A model generated the notes under the pieces. That model was not told where the DNA came from. It made no database searches and saw nothing but the letters and a program-made list of their open reading frames with translations. The translations under genes were made by a program, and so were the position numbers. Source: Tubiluchus corallicola (lineage: Eukaryota; Animalia; Priapulida). From it: a DNA stretch of 64,000 nt. Below are positions 1 to 24,360 of the stretch, one piece after another (position 1 is the first letter of the stretch; each line of letters opens with the position of its first letter). The stretch spans positions 434,001 to 498,000 of the forward strand of contig JAQGDQ010000028.1 in the NCBI GenBank assembly GCA_030141605.1, given 5' to 3'.

Positions 1-135
1 CTTTATTGATTAGTCCGACACAGTTTGATTCTCTAATGTCAAACAAAGAAAATAATATCCCATTATCGTATGGGGCTAGCAGGGCGATCGTTATCAGATC
101 CGAACCACAACAATTATGGATGTTGATCAACGTGA

Positions 136-1680
136 GGGAGATTGTTCAGGTTCCAGGGAAAGTACATGTCACAACCCAAAATGTACCAATCAACCAGAAT
201 GTGGGAAGGAACAAATGCTGCTCACCAATCGAGTGCAGAAATACTTGGGAGTATCATGACATCAGGTCAGGTGGTATCGGAAAAATCCGGTCACCCCCTT
301 GTTGGCTACATTCTCAGCCTGGTGGATTCTTGGTTATTTCTGTTATCAGAGTGGCCAAAGTGGAAGAGAATAGATAATGTTGACCTACTAGCTCTAGCAA
401 TCACACCCAGTGATTTCTCCTTCGTTCCATTCCTACCACCTACGTTTTTCTGTTACCATGGCCAACAAGATCGACTGACCCATGGATTAAGCTTCATGTT
501 CTATGTTCTTAAAAACTGTGTTGATGAAACCAATCCTATCCACAAAATTGTGGCACGGCTCCTTTCGGTGAAAACTGTTGCTCCTGAGACTCTACAACTA
601 CTAACCTTAATAAAAGATCCCTGTGCTCTCAATTTTGAGCAACCAATGGCTTTGTCTACTCTATTAAGACAGACAGTACAACAAAAAGTTATTCCCATGG
701 TCAAAAACGACAGAATTAAGATGTATTTAGATATCCTGGAAGAAGATGCTTTTCCAGGAGTGGTTAAGTATTACACTTCTATCGTTCCCTACCCAGCTAG
801 AATTATAAACGCAATTTTTACTTGTACTGTGATGGGTACTGCCATCAACTTCCTTGATTTTTTTGCCCAACAATCAACTTTACTGAATATGCTACAAAAA
901 GAAGACAAACTCAGACTAGAGACTCGGATCAACAAGGTTGAGAGGAATCTGATCAGCAGTGTCCTTAATCGACTCAAGACTCCTCAAAGTAAAAGCTGGG
1001 AAGAATTATTAATAGAATTAAGTGGGAGCTCATCGCTTTGTTCTTATCTGATGGCAGAAGGGTTAAGAGACTCTACATGGGGCTTTAAAATAGTAGATGT
1101 GACTGCCCCTTGTCCCTGGGGTCAACTCTCCCCAATATCAGTCGAGCTAGCTCAAATTAGAAAAGATGTTATTAGTTTAAGATACTCTGATTATCCAGAC
1201 AAAACTGCAGTGGGGCCTTATAGAATGGTCGTAGGAAGTAGGACGAAAGAACGGATCAAGCCTTTAGTAATAGCTCCCAATATCCCAAAGGGGCTGACAA
1301 GAAGGCAATCTGTTGCCATTTTAATAAAACTCCTTTGTTGGATGGCTGACAAGCCTTTAATCGTCAAGCTCATTCAAGATGCACTTTTTGAATTGGGGGC
1401 AACCAATTATGAGGCACTAATTCCTAAGGGTTACACACTATCTCTAGGGTCAACCGCTCATCGACTAGAAGCTGCAGATAGGAAGTCATCGGTCTACTTT
1501 AACCTCAGAGACACAGTTGCCAGCCATATAGTAATTAATACAGATAGAGCGACTCTTTATAGGGGAGAAGGGGCAGACTACACTTTATGTTTCCAAGAGG
1601 TCTTCTGTGCTTTAATGACAATGAATGCTGTATCTAAATATCACCTAGTATCTAACCCTCACCAAGCACTACCAAACTGA
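136..1680 (+). CDS. Endogenous viral element: fragment of a negative-strand RNA virus L protein (Mononegavirales/Jingchuvirales-like), distal RdRp plus PRNTase mRNA-capping domain
   Basis: ORF 142-1680 (512 aa) is colinear with rhabdovirus-type L as I recall it. GRLFRFQG...STRMWEGTN resembles GKIPIFRG...WSRVTCVTN; LIKDPCALN resembles LVEDPTSLN; SIVPYPARII resembles SINPLFPRFL. PRNTase motifs: A LRDSTWG..VDVTAPCP, B GPYRMVVGSRTKE (GxxT), C W in LLCWM, D GSTAHRL (catalytic HR), E DYTLCFQ. Truncated at both ends: no GDN motif C and no methyltransferase domain. Confidence 0.9.
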   Translation, partial: GRLFRFQGKYMSQPKMYQSTRMWEGTNAAHQSSAEILGSIMTSGQVVSEKSGHPLVGYILSLVDSWLFLLSEWPKWKRIDNVDLLALAITPSDFSFVPFLPPTFFCYHGQQDRLTHGLSFMFYVLKNCVDETNPIHKIVARLLSVKTVAPETLQLLTLIKDPCALNFEQPMALSTLLRQTVQQKVIPMVKNDRIKMYLDILEEDAFPGVVKYYTSIVPYPARIINAIFTCTVMGTAINFLDFFAQQSTLLNMLQKEDKLRLETRINKVERNLISSVLNRLKTPQSKSWEELLIELSGSSSLCSYLMAEGLRDSTWGFKIVDVTAPCPWGQLSPISVELAQIRKDVISLRYSDYPDKTAVGPYRMVVGSRTKERIKPLVIAPNIPKGLTRRQSVAILIKLLCWMADKPLIVKLIQDALFELGATNYEALIPKGYTLSLGSTAHRLEAADRKSSVYFNLRDTVASHIVINTDRATLYRGEGADYTLCFQEVFCALMTMNAVSKYHLVSNPHQALPN

Positions 1681-1855
1681 CCAGGTCAGTTACTCTTGTC
1701 CAGCTCCAAGTGATTTACATGCGGTCAACACAAAAAGAGAAGCACTGAAAAATGTATCAGCCGTTTTTGAACCTCTTGGATGGATTAGTCCTTTATTAGT
1801 CGAAGCAAAGAGATTCATAGCAACATTATGGAAAGAACATGTCGATTGGGACACT

Positions 1856-4240
1856 GTGTTCACCCAAGAGCAGCAAGTTCAATGGGAAAATGTTGCAAAC
1901 ACCTTATCATCAATTTACAGTCTGAGGATTCCCAGATACACTGAAACAGGTGATTTTAGCAAAGTAGATATTGTGTCATTCAGTGACAGCTCTTCATGGT
2001 GTTATGGTGCAGTATCTTACTTGAGATTTGTTCAGCCTGATGGATCAGGCATGGTAAAGCTGATTTATGCGAAGACTAGGCTTGCACCCCCACGCCAAAT
2101 TTCAGTTCCGAGACTGGAGTTACTTGGAATACTACTAGCAGTTCGATGCACCAAGTTTTTGTTGACACATCTTCAATTGAATATCAACGAAGTACACATC
2201 TTTAGTGATAGTAAATGTGCATTATTTTGGGTGCTAAATGGATGCTCCTTGAAAACGTTTGTGAGGAACAGAGTGGAAGAGATCAGGTCTCTTCAGAACG
2301 CTACATTTCACTTTGTGTCAACAGAAGAAAACCCAGCAGACTTGGCTTCTCGTGGTGTAAAGGACTCCGAGACCTTAATGAATAGCATATGGTTCAACCC
2401 TCCAGCATGGTTGAAAGAACCCAAAGAATACTGGCCACAATCAGATATACCAGTTACTTCTGCCGAGGATCAGCAACAGATAGATTCTGAAATGGGAGAA
2501 TGCGAAGTACCAGTTGTCTTGACAATTAGTGAGCAACCCAATGAGTCACTAGTTGATTTAACGAGGTACTCGAGTTTTGAGAAGGCAGTACGAGTAACGG
2601 CCTATGTTATGAGAGCTTTAGGTAGATGGAAACACACTGAGAATGATGTGCAAACAGGCCTTATGGCATCTGAGCTAGTAAAAGCAGAAATAATTCTAAT
2701 TAAGCAAGTCCAACGTCAACACTTCAGCAAAGAGATCAGAGACTTACAGTCTAATAAAAACAACTGCTTAGTACAGCAACTAGGTCTGTATTTGGATTCT
2801 GAAAACCTGTTGAGATGTAATGGCAGGATTCAACATTCGGATTTTACATATGCTAGCACAAATCCAGCTCTCGTGCCACGAAAAGATCATGCCACTCGAC
2901 TAATTATTCAGAGAGTACATGAGCAACAGCTCCATAGTGGAGTATCACAGACATTAGCACAGCTGAGATGTACATACTGGGTACTCAAAGGTCGTGCGGC
3001 AGTACAAGAAGTAATTCAAGGATGTTTAATCTGTAGACGTGCAAGTGGTCCACCATACAAAGCACCACCCATGCCGGGACTACCACCAGCAAGAGTTAAC
3101 AGAAACTTGGTATTTAGTCAAATTGGATTAGATATGCTAGGTCCATTTTGGATTAAAAACTTCACTTCATTGTCAGAAAAACATGAAGTCAAAAAGGTTT
3201 GGGCTTGCGTGTTTACGTGTATGTGCACCAGAGCCGTGCACATAGAGCTTACAGAAGACCTTAGTACCGAGGAGTTTTTGTCGTGTTTCCGCAGATTTGC
3301 AGCAAGAAGATGTTATCCTTCGAAGGTCTTGAGTGACAATGCAGCACAGTTCAAACTAACAAAAACTGTCCTGGATAGAGCGTGGTCTCAAACTCTCCAA
3401 AGCCCTGATGTTTTAGATTATGCAGCTCAGCATCGTATCAGTTGGGAGAACATTGTAGAGCTAGCTCCCTGGTTTGGAGGTTTCTATGAAAGGATGGTTG
3501 CTATGATAAAGTCAGCTCTTAAAAAATCAACAGGCCGACGTCTTCTGACTCGAACTCAATTGGTAACGCTGCTGTGTGAAATCGAAGGCGTGATCAATTC
3601 TCGACCTCTCTGTTACGTAGATCAGGATATCAATTCAATACGCGTCATAACCCCAGCTGATTTCATATCATTGAAAGGTGACCTTGGCACTTTATATTTA
3701 AAAGATGATGACGAGTACAAGCCGAATCAGCCAGACTCTGCGGACAAGGTTTTGCAATGCTGGAAAAGAGGACAGATCATCTTGAATAAGTTTTGGGACA
3801 TCTGGAGGAAGGAGTATGTATTGTCACTGAGGGAGCGCTATAACAAACCAATCAAGCAATCAAGGTCAGCTCTAAATTCAATGCCTAAAATAGGTGACGT
3901 AGTTCTGGTTCAGGATGATCTTCCAAGGAGTCAATGGAGAGTTGGGAGGATACTTTCTCTAAAGCATAGCCATGATGAGATGTGCAGATCAGTTTCTGTG
4001 AGGCTACCTTCAGGCAATATCATCAATCGTTCTATTACCCAGCTTTACCCCCTTGAACTGCCAGCAACACAGACCAGTATTACAGATGCCAAGCAGTACA
4101 AAACAGATAACACTACACGGCACAAACAAATTAACACACCACAAATAGTTATAGAGCCCACTAATAAGCGATCAAAAAGAAAGGCAGCTGCGAAAGCTGG
4201 TGACAAAATTCGAGGGTGGGTCGAGGACCTAAATTTGTAG
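1856..4240 (+). CDS. Bel/Pao pol polyprotein fragment (RNase H + integrase), no internal stops
   Basis: 794-aa ORF in the track. The same frame extends upstream to 1649 without a start codon, so this is a 5'-truncated pol. Confidence 0.9.
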   Translation: MFTQEQQVQWENVANTLSSIYSLRIPRYTETGDFSKVDIVSFSDSSSWCYGAVSYLRFVQPDGSGMVKLIYAKTRLAPPRQISVPRLELLGILLAVRCTKFLLTHLQLNINEVHIFSDSKCALFWVLNGCSLKTFVRNRVEEIRSLQNATFHFVSTEENPADLASRGVKDSETLMNSIWFNPPAWLKEPKEYWPQSDIPVTSAEDQQQIDSEMGECEVPVVLTISEQPNESLVDLTRYSSFEKAVRVTAYVMRALGRWKHTENDVQTGLMASELVKAEIILIKQVQRQHFSKEIRDLQSNKNNCLVQQLGLYLDSENLLRCNGRIQHSDFTYASTNPALVPRKDHATRLIIQRVHEQQLHSGVSQTLAQLRCTYWVLKGRAAVQEVIQGCLICRRASGPPYKAPPMPGLPPARVNRNLVFSQIGLDMLGPFWIKNFTSLSEKHEVKKVWACVFTCMCTRAVHIELTEDLSTEEFLSCFRRFAARRCYPSKVLSDNAAQFKLTKTVLDRAWSQTLQSPDVLDYAAQHRISWENIVELAPWFGGFYERMVAMIKSALKKSTGRRLLTRTQLVTLLCEIEGVINSRPLCYVDQDINSIRVITPADFISLKGDLGTLYLKDDDEYKPNQPDSADKVLQCWKRGQIILNKFWDIWRKEYVLSLRERYNKPIKQSRSALNSMPKIGDVVLVQDDLPRSQWRVGRILSLKHSHDEMCRSVSVRLPSGNIINRSITQLYPLELPATQTSITDAKQYKTDNTTRHKQINTPQIVIEPTNKRSKRKAAAKAGDKIRGWVEDLNL

Positions 4241-4273
4241 GTAGGCTGTTCATGGCATCTTCCCTCGGGGGAG

Positions 4274-4558
4274 TGTGCTGACGCAATCAGAATGATCACG
4301 TGACCAGTGATTGTTCGGCGCGCACGAGTCTGCAGAAGACGAGTGGTACAAGAGCGGACATGTTGTTTAGATTACTAGTGTCGTTAGCGTCTTTAGAAAT
4401 TGTAAAAAGTTTCGTTAGCGTCTTTGTTTGTGTAATACAGAAGATATCAATATACAAATTTTTGTGACAAGTATTTACTGTTTTACGATTCTCGATTATA
4501 CAAGTAAATTATAGATAATTAGACTGAAACTTGGGCGAAGTGACAGGGCATCGCCACA
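4274..4558 (+). repeat. Putative 3' LTR of the Bel/Pao element (~285 bp)
   Basis: Follows polypurine tract GGGGGAG (4267-4273). Begins TGTGCTGACGC and ends GCATCGCCACA (TG...CA with an imperfect terminal inverted repeat). Internal direct repeat TCGTTAGCGTCTTT at 4381 and 4412. No partner 5' LTR in the window, so the right boundary is inferred. Confidence 0.7.
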
Positions 4559-5611
4559 ACTGCACCTAGAAAAAGCAAACTAGATTTGCCACTGTGATTC
4601 AGGCAAAATAAGAAATTTCTATTGCATTTTGCTCAGTTGTTTATGTGTTGCTTTAAAGACGAATATTCAAAGAGTATATCGCAGAATATGCAAGTTAAAG
4701 CAAAGTATGGCTAACATAATGACAGCCCAGAGAATTTTACTTGTGAAAACTTGACTAGTTAAATCTGAAATTACTTGCTGAGAATATGGAATTATTGTAA
4801 CTGTTCACCCAAATTTGACTTTATATGTAACTGACACAAAAGAAGAAACATAAATACCAGTGAAACTGATTCGCAAAGCTACTTTTCTCGTACTTTTCAC
4901 TGGAGATGGCAAACCATGAACTAGCCAAGTTCGTCACACCTCATGAGCACTCTAAATACAATGAATAAACAACGTTTGAATTAAATGAAAAGTCAGGCAT
5001 TTAGCTCATAATTGAAAGTTCTGTGACTAAAATTTTGGTTCTCGCAGATTTCTATTGTTTTAGATGCTTGCACCACTTTATACCACACTACTCTCAGTCT
5101 TTTCTATCATTAATAAATTATCAGTGCTGAAACTGTAAAATTTGGCAAGGGTATACAAATGGGAGATAATATTGCAGGCGAGTATGAATCAGGGAATAGT
5201 AACATAATGGAAATTTTATATAGATTGTTCCAAGGACAGTGGAAAGAAACTATAACACTATGAACAATTTGAAACTTGGCTGATTTTCTTAAAATAAACA
5301 TTCTACTAATTATGTATAATGTATTTACACATTTTGTCAACTAAATAGATGACACTGTTGTGCAATAATGCCAGATTACACTATTCTTTCATTAAATGAA
5401 ACCAATATTCAATTACATTTAGCAATTCACTGATACTTAAATTTGTGTGAAAATAATGAAAATGAAAATGTGGTTATGGTCATGAGTCACATAAAAATGT
5501 AAATGGATGTTCACTGCGTACTATTCCAATCACTTTATCAGCAAATGTGATTGTCTATAACGTTTTAATTTGTCTAACGTTAACTGATCAATGCCTTCGC
5601 AACAGCAAGTA

Positions 5612-5779
5612 CAGTCAAGTTTATACCGTCTACTTTGGACTGCAGAAAAGTTGGCGTTAGAGTGAGTTGGCATTATAACTAGGCGCATTAATACATACAT
5701 ATCTATGCAAATGTAGACATTTGTTTTGCCGGAAATTTGGGCGTTAAACAAGTTGGCATTATAAATGGAGGTTTGACTG
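5612..5779. mobile_element. Tc1/mariner-pogo type MITE
   Basis: Termini TA|CAGTCAA...TTGACTG. A related copy lies in reverse orientation at ~59125-59331. Confidence 0.6.
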
Positions 5780-5821
5780 TGTTCTAATACTGTGCACAGG
5801 CATTCACATAACCAATCTATA

Positions 5822-7094
5822 CAGTATGATCCACTTACAACGAGCCTGTTATAACGAGCTCTGGTTATTAAGAGTAAATTCTAAAGTCCCATGAAATCTT
5901 AGAATAATATATGAAATATTTAATATATTTAAACCTTGCTTACAACGAGTTCCGATATTATAGATTTTTCTTATTATGAGGGAATTTTACCACCTCCTGA
6001 TTGTACTTCACCTAAATATAACTTTCTAAGACAATAGGCAAATGAGTACCATTCATCACAACCAAAAAAGATCACCAGGCCCTGGGAAGATTAGTTTGTC
6101 GCATAAAATGATGTGTATCAAGTACAGCCCATATGAAGACGTACTGGTGGGCCTGCAGCTACTTGCGCTGTTGTAATTGTAACTCAAAGTCAGAATGAAG
6201 TGAGAACGATGATTCATACAACAGTAGAAGAACCAGTTTGTCAATACGTTAGTGTGAATGATGCAGTTGAAGCCATTGCTAACATCAACAATTTTTTGTC
6301 TTCACCAGCAACTGACAATGAGGAGTTCTCATGCCTTTCAAAAACCTGACAGCTCCTTGAATGAAGCTCTTTAATGTGCAATTTAATGAGAAGCAGGCAA
6401 AAATAACCGAACTTTTCAAAAAATAAACTTGCAAAATAAATGATTCATCGACTTTTCAAAGTTTAGTTTTTAATAAAAACACTGTTTTAAAAAATGCAAT
6501 AATTTTACATTTCCTAACACTTGGCTAGCCAGATTGTACACTTAGTTATTAGCTGACGTAAGCTCATGTTGAAATGTTCATTAGGCCCTAAGTATTAGCT
6601 CACCGCTGTTTAAATAAAACCAGAGATTTTTGCATCAGCGCTGCATACACTTAAAGTGATAGCCCTGTTTTTCACCCATGAAAGCGTCTTGCACAGATGT
6701 CAAAAAACTATACTGCAACACCCACGTAAAACACACTCAGCTATAGGCAAATATCACAATGAATCACAGCAGTGGCAACTAAGAAAAGAACTTATGTGGC
6801 TGCTTTATGCAGGAATTTATTGCGTAAAATACTGGCTTAATCCTAGAAATAGCAGAGTTTGAATACTATAAGTTTACTTTTTTGTTATAAAATAGTTGCT
6901 GAACAGTGGAACTCACTACAAAACTTCTGCCACTCCCAAAAAGAAGCGTTCTTTTTATTGCTTCATCATCTGCCTCATGGGCTTCGCTTCCATCTTGTAC
7001 TCACTCAGACAGTTGACATCAGCTATAACGAGTCCCAGTTATAGACAGCAAATTTTTGCAGTTCCTTGCAACTCATTATAAGTGAAGTATACTG
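5822..7094 (+). mobile_element. Non-autonomous pogo/Tigger-like DNA transposon
   Basis: TA on both flanks. Imperfect TIRs CAGTATGATCCACTTACAACGAG / CTCATTATAAGTGAAGTATACTG. Internal remnant EKQAKITELFKK* (~6388-6426) resembles the KQxxITDFF C-terminus of pogo-family transposases. Confidence 0.7.
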
Positions 7095-7281
7095 TACTGA
7101 GGTGCTGTATTCCAGATGCCAAATGAGTTACATGACACGCCAATACTTAAAATCCATCAACAGATTTGTTGAGGTTGCAGTTGAGGGGGCATATTGCAAA
7201 AGACTGCCAATTTCTAAGTGGTTTAAAAAACACCAAACTTTACTCGACTATCAGTAACATGTCACTGATAATAATGAGGCT

Positions 7282-22116
<14,835 letters not shown>

Positions 22117-22584
22117 CCTACCAGACAAACTGGTGTTTAACTTGTTGTCTTTGCTGCCTTATGAATGTGAGAACAGTCAGCACACTGCTGTGAATGCAAG
22201 CAATGGCCACATTGCGCCACGGAGTTTTGCACATACCGTGAGCACTATAGCCATCTAGCGGCCATGAAATATTGTGATGTTAAGGCTTATTAATGATCTA
22301 CAGGTGGCAGCACCATAATAAGAAATTTTTGTAGGGCGCAGAGTACGCCACCAGCCGAATTAGGACACTTCCACTACAGCGCATGTGCTAAATTTGCGGA
22401 AAAGCAGTGTAAGTACATGGGCAAGCTCAAGTAGGGCACTCGCGATTTCTGTCGAGAATCGAGAACCATGACATAGTAAAACATAAACTAAATCTGTTTT
22501 AGAAAAAAGTAACTTTATAATAATGACGGATAGTCCTTGACAATTTGCAAATGTATTTTTTACAATAATATCATCATTATTATT

Positions 22585-23121
22585 GTTGGCATCCTTCTGT
22601 CTCGGAAGACAATGGAGTGTGCGCTAAGAGAGTCAGTTATTGATCACATTGATGGAGCTGCAGCGTCGACTGTGGCTGAGCAGTGCGATCCTTGAACGTC
22701 TCCAGGGCGCACCCCTGGGCAAGGTGTAGTCCAACTGTTGAGTTGCCCAGACAACAGGAACCCCCTATCTTTCTACCCTGGTGTAGTCCAAAGGAAAGCG
22801 GAGCGATACGTTTGGCACCAGGTTGGCTGCAGGCGCTGCCGGAGTCAGTGAGCTGCATTGGTCCGCCTTCGGGGCTCCACTCCTGATTTGGAAGGGTTAC
22901 TCCTCTACACATGGCCGTTGGGTCACCTCCTCCGCCCTCTAGCCGTTGGCTGCTTGTGCAGCTCCTCCGCCTAGTGTCGAGATACAGTGTGGGCATCTCG
23001 CAAGCCTACAGCACCTGGTATTCCTAGGCGGTCACCCATCCAAGTACTAACCAGGCTCTACGTTGCTTAACTTCGGTGATCAGACGAGAACCGGTGTTTT
23101 CAACGTGATTTGGCTGTAGTC
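22585..23121 (-). mobile_element. 5S rRNA-derived SINE (SINE3-type) with a GC-rich body and an (AAT/GAT)n tail
   Basis: The 5S head (23002-23121) runs directly into ~415 bp of GC-rich body with no oligo-T terminator and ends ...GAAGGATGCCAACAATAATAATGATGAT. Candidate TSD CATTATTATT at 22575-22584 and 23125-23134. Confidence 0.75.
23002..23121 (-). rRNA. Full-length 5S rRNA-like sequence (probably the SINE head rather than a ribosomal 5S gene)
   Basis: Reverse complement reads GACTACAGCCAAATCACGTTGAAAACACCGGTTCTCGTCTGATCACCGAAGTTAAGCAACGTAGAGCCTGGTTAGTACTTGGATGGGTGACCGCCTAGGAATACCAGGTGCTGTAGGCTT (120 nt), with box A and box C recognisable. Confidence 0.85.
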
Positions 23122-23462
23122 TACCATTATTATTAGCTCCATTAATATCACCATAGCATTAAACTAAATATCTAATGCTCTAAAGAAAGAAACTATGTAG
23201 GGCACACAGATCGCTAGCACGTTTACTTAGTAGAAAACAATTATTTGTCCAAGAGGTAGTGAAACTCAGCGAGACAAAATAAAAAATGATGTTGGAATCG
23301 TTTAAAAAGCGGGCTTATTTCACTTCAAAAAGATTTATGTCGAAGCCAAATTTAATATTGGCTGTTCTACTAACTCAGGATAAGATTCTTTATTTTATCA
23401 GATGTATAATAAATTATTCAACGTGTATTGACGTTTTCAATTATTAATATTAAGCAAAGAAA

Positions 23463-23553
23463 GACGCGTCCTACTTCGGCTAGCCTATGTTCGACGCATC
23501 CTGCTTGGGCTAGCCCATGTACGCCAATTGTCCTACTTCGGCTAACGTCGTAC
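23463..23553. repeat. Three imperfect ~30-bp tandem repeats (core TCCTACTTCGGCTA)
   Basis: Copies start at 23463, 23493 and 23523. Confidence 0.7.
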
Positions 23554-23876
23554 CCTGCTCCCAACAATTTGGAAAGTTAAGTTAGCAAATTCAGCAAAGA
23601 AGAACTCGTGTTAAAGGTTTTCTACATTTTTAATTTTTCAGTTTTCCAGTATGTAAGAATGATTTCGTATGTTGCGATTTTCTGACCGACTGTAGTAGTT
23701 TCGTGGATTGCTTCTTGAACGGTAGGTTTGCTAAGTATTTTTCTTTACAGCTTCGGTAAATTTTACAATAATTATTATTATTAATATTAAGTAAGTTAGT
23801 TGACTTAGTTACTCATGCATAAGTACTGCTGTTCTATTGCAACTTGCCAACTTATTACTATCAGTCGTATTACTAG

Positions 23877-24360
23877 GTGGTAAACAAAGCCAATGAAATT
23901 CTTGGAGCCATCAAACATACATTTACACACATAAACAGTGAAATGTTTGTTCAGATAATCAGAAGTTTCATTAGACCACACCTAGAATATGCTAATGTTG
24001 TTTGGGGACCAAGGTTTATAGGAGATGCTCAACTCACAGAAAATGTGCAGCGAAGAGCTACCAAGCTGGTGCCACTATTCAGTGACTTGGATTACACCGA
24101 AAGAGTAAGAAAATTAACCGTTCCATCTTTCCAATATAGATGCCAACGAAGTGACATGATTCAGGTTTTTAGAATTATCAATAAAATCCACGTTTTGGAC
24201 GAGTCGTCCTGCTTTCTACAAACCCAGTGCCAGACTGGATGTATAGAAGTACACCTGCAACAACCAAGTAGTCAACAGCTGGAATGGTCTAAGCAGCAAA
24301 ACTATACTCTATAGCATCTAAGTCAATAAATGAATTCAAGAGAAATTTAGAACATGAATG
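23877..24360 (+). mobile_element. CR1-type LINE fragment (C-terminal end of ORF2), degenerate
   Basis: KANEILGAIKHTF...IRPHLEYANVVWGP...ENVQRRATKLVP...DYTERVRKL...RSDMIQVFRII is the typical CR1-clade post-RT sequence. Confidence 0.88.

Larger units (their letters stand above)
1670..4558 (+). mobile_element. Bel/Pao LTR retrotransposon, 3' half (RT-RNase H connection, RNase H, integrase, PPT, 3' LTR)
   Basis: Frame is open from 1649 to 4240. Bel/Pao signatures: TKREALKNVSAVFEPLGWISP, FSDSSSWCYGAVSYLR, AKTRLAP, PRLELLG, NPADLASRG. Integrase HHCC finger (HEQQLHSG...CLIC) and DDE core (GLDMLGP, SDNAAQF, GGFYERMV). Confidence 0.95.

Noticed and set aside
6-377. 123-aa ORF as an independent gene
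   Set aside because: Beyond position 135 it is an alternative frame of the viral L ORF. Only the first ~45 codons may be a real coding fragment (see the junction finding).
22637-22996. 119-aa minus-strand ORF
   Set aside because: Lies wholly within the GC-rich SINE body and has no protein motif.
23002-23121. Functional 5S rDNA unit
   Set aside because: Single copy, no oligo-T Pol III terminator, and fused to a body with a tail and candidate TSD, which fits a SINE head better.
23463-23553. CRISPR-like array
   Set aside because: The repeats are contiguous with no unique spacers, the context is eukaryotic, and there are no cas genes.
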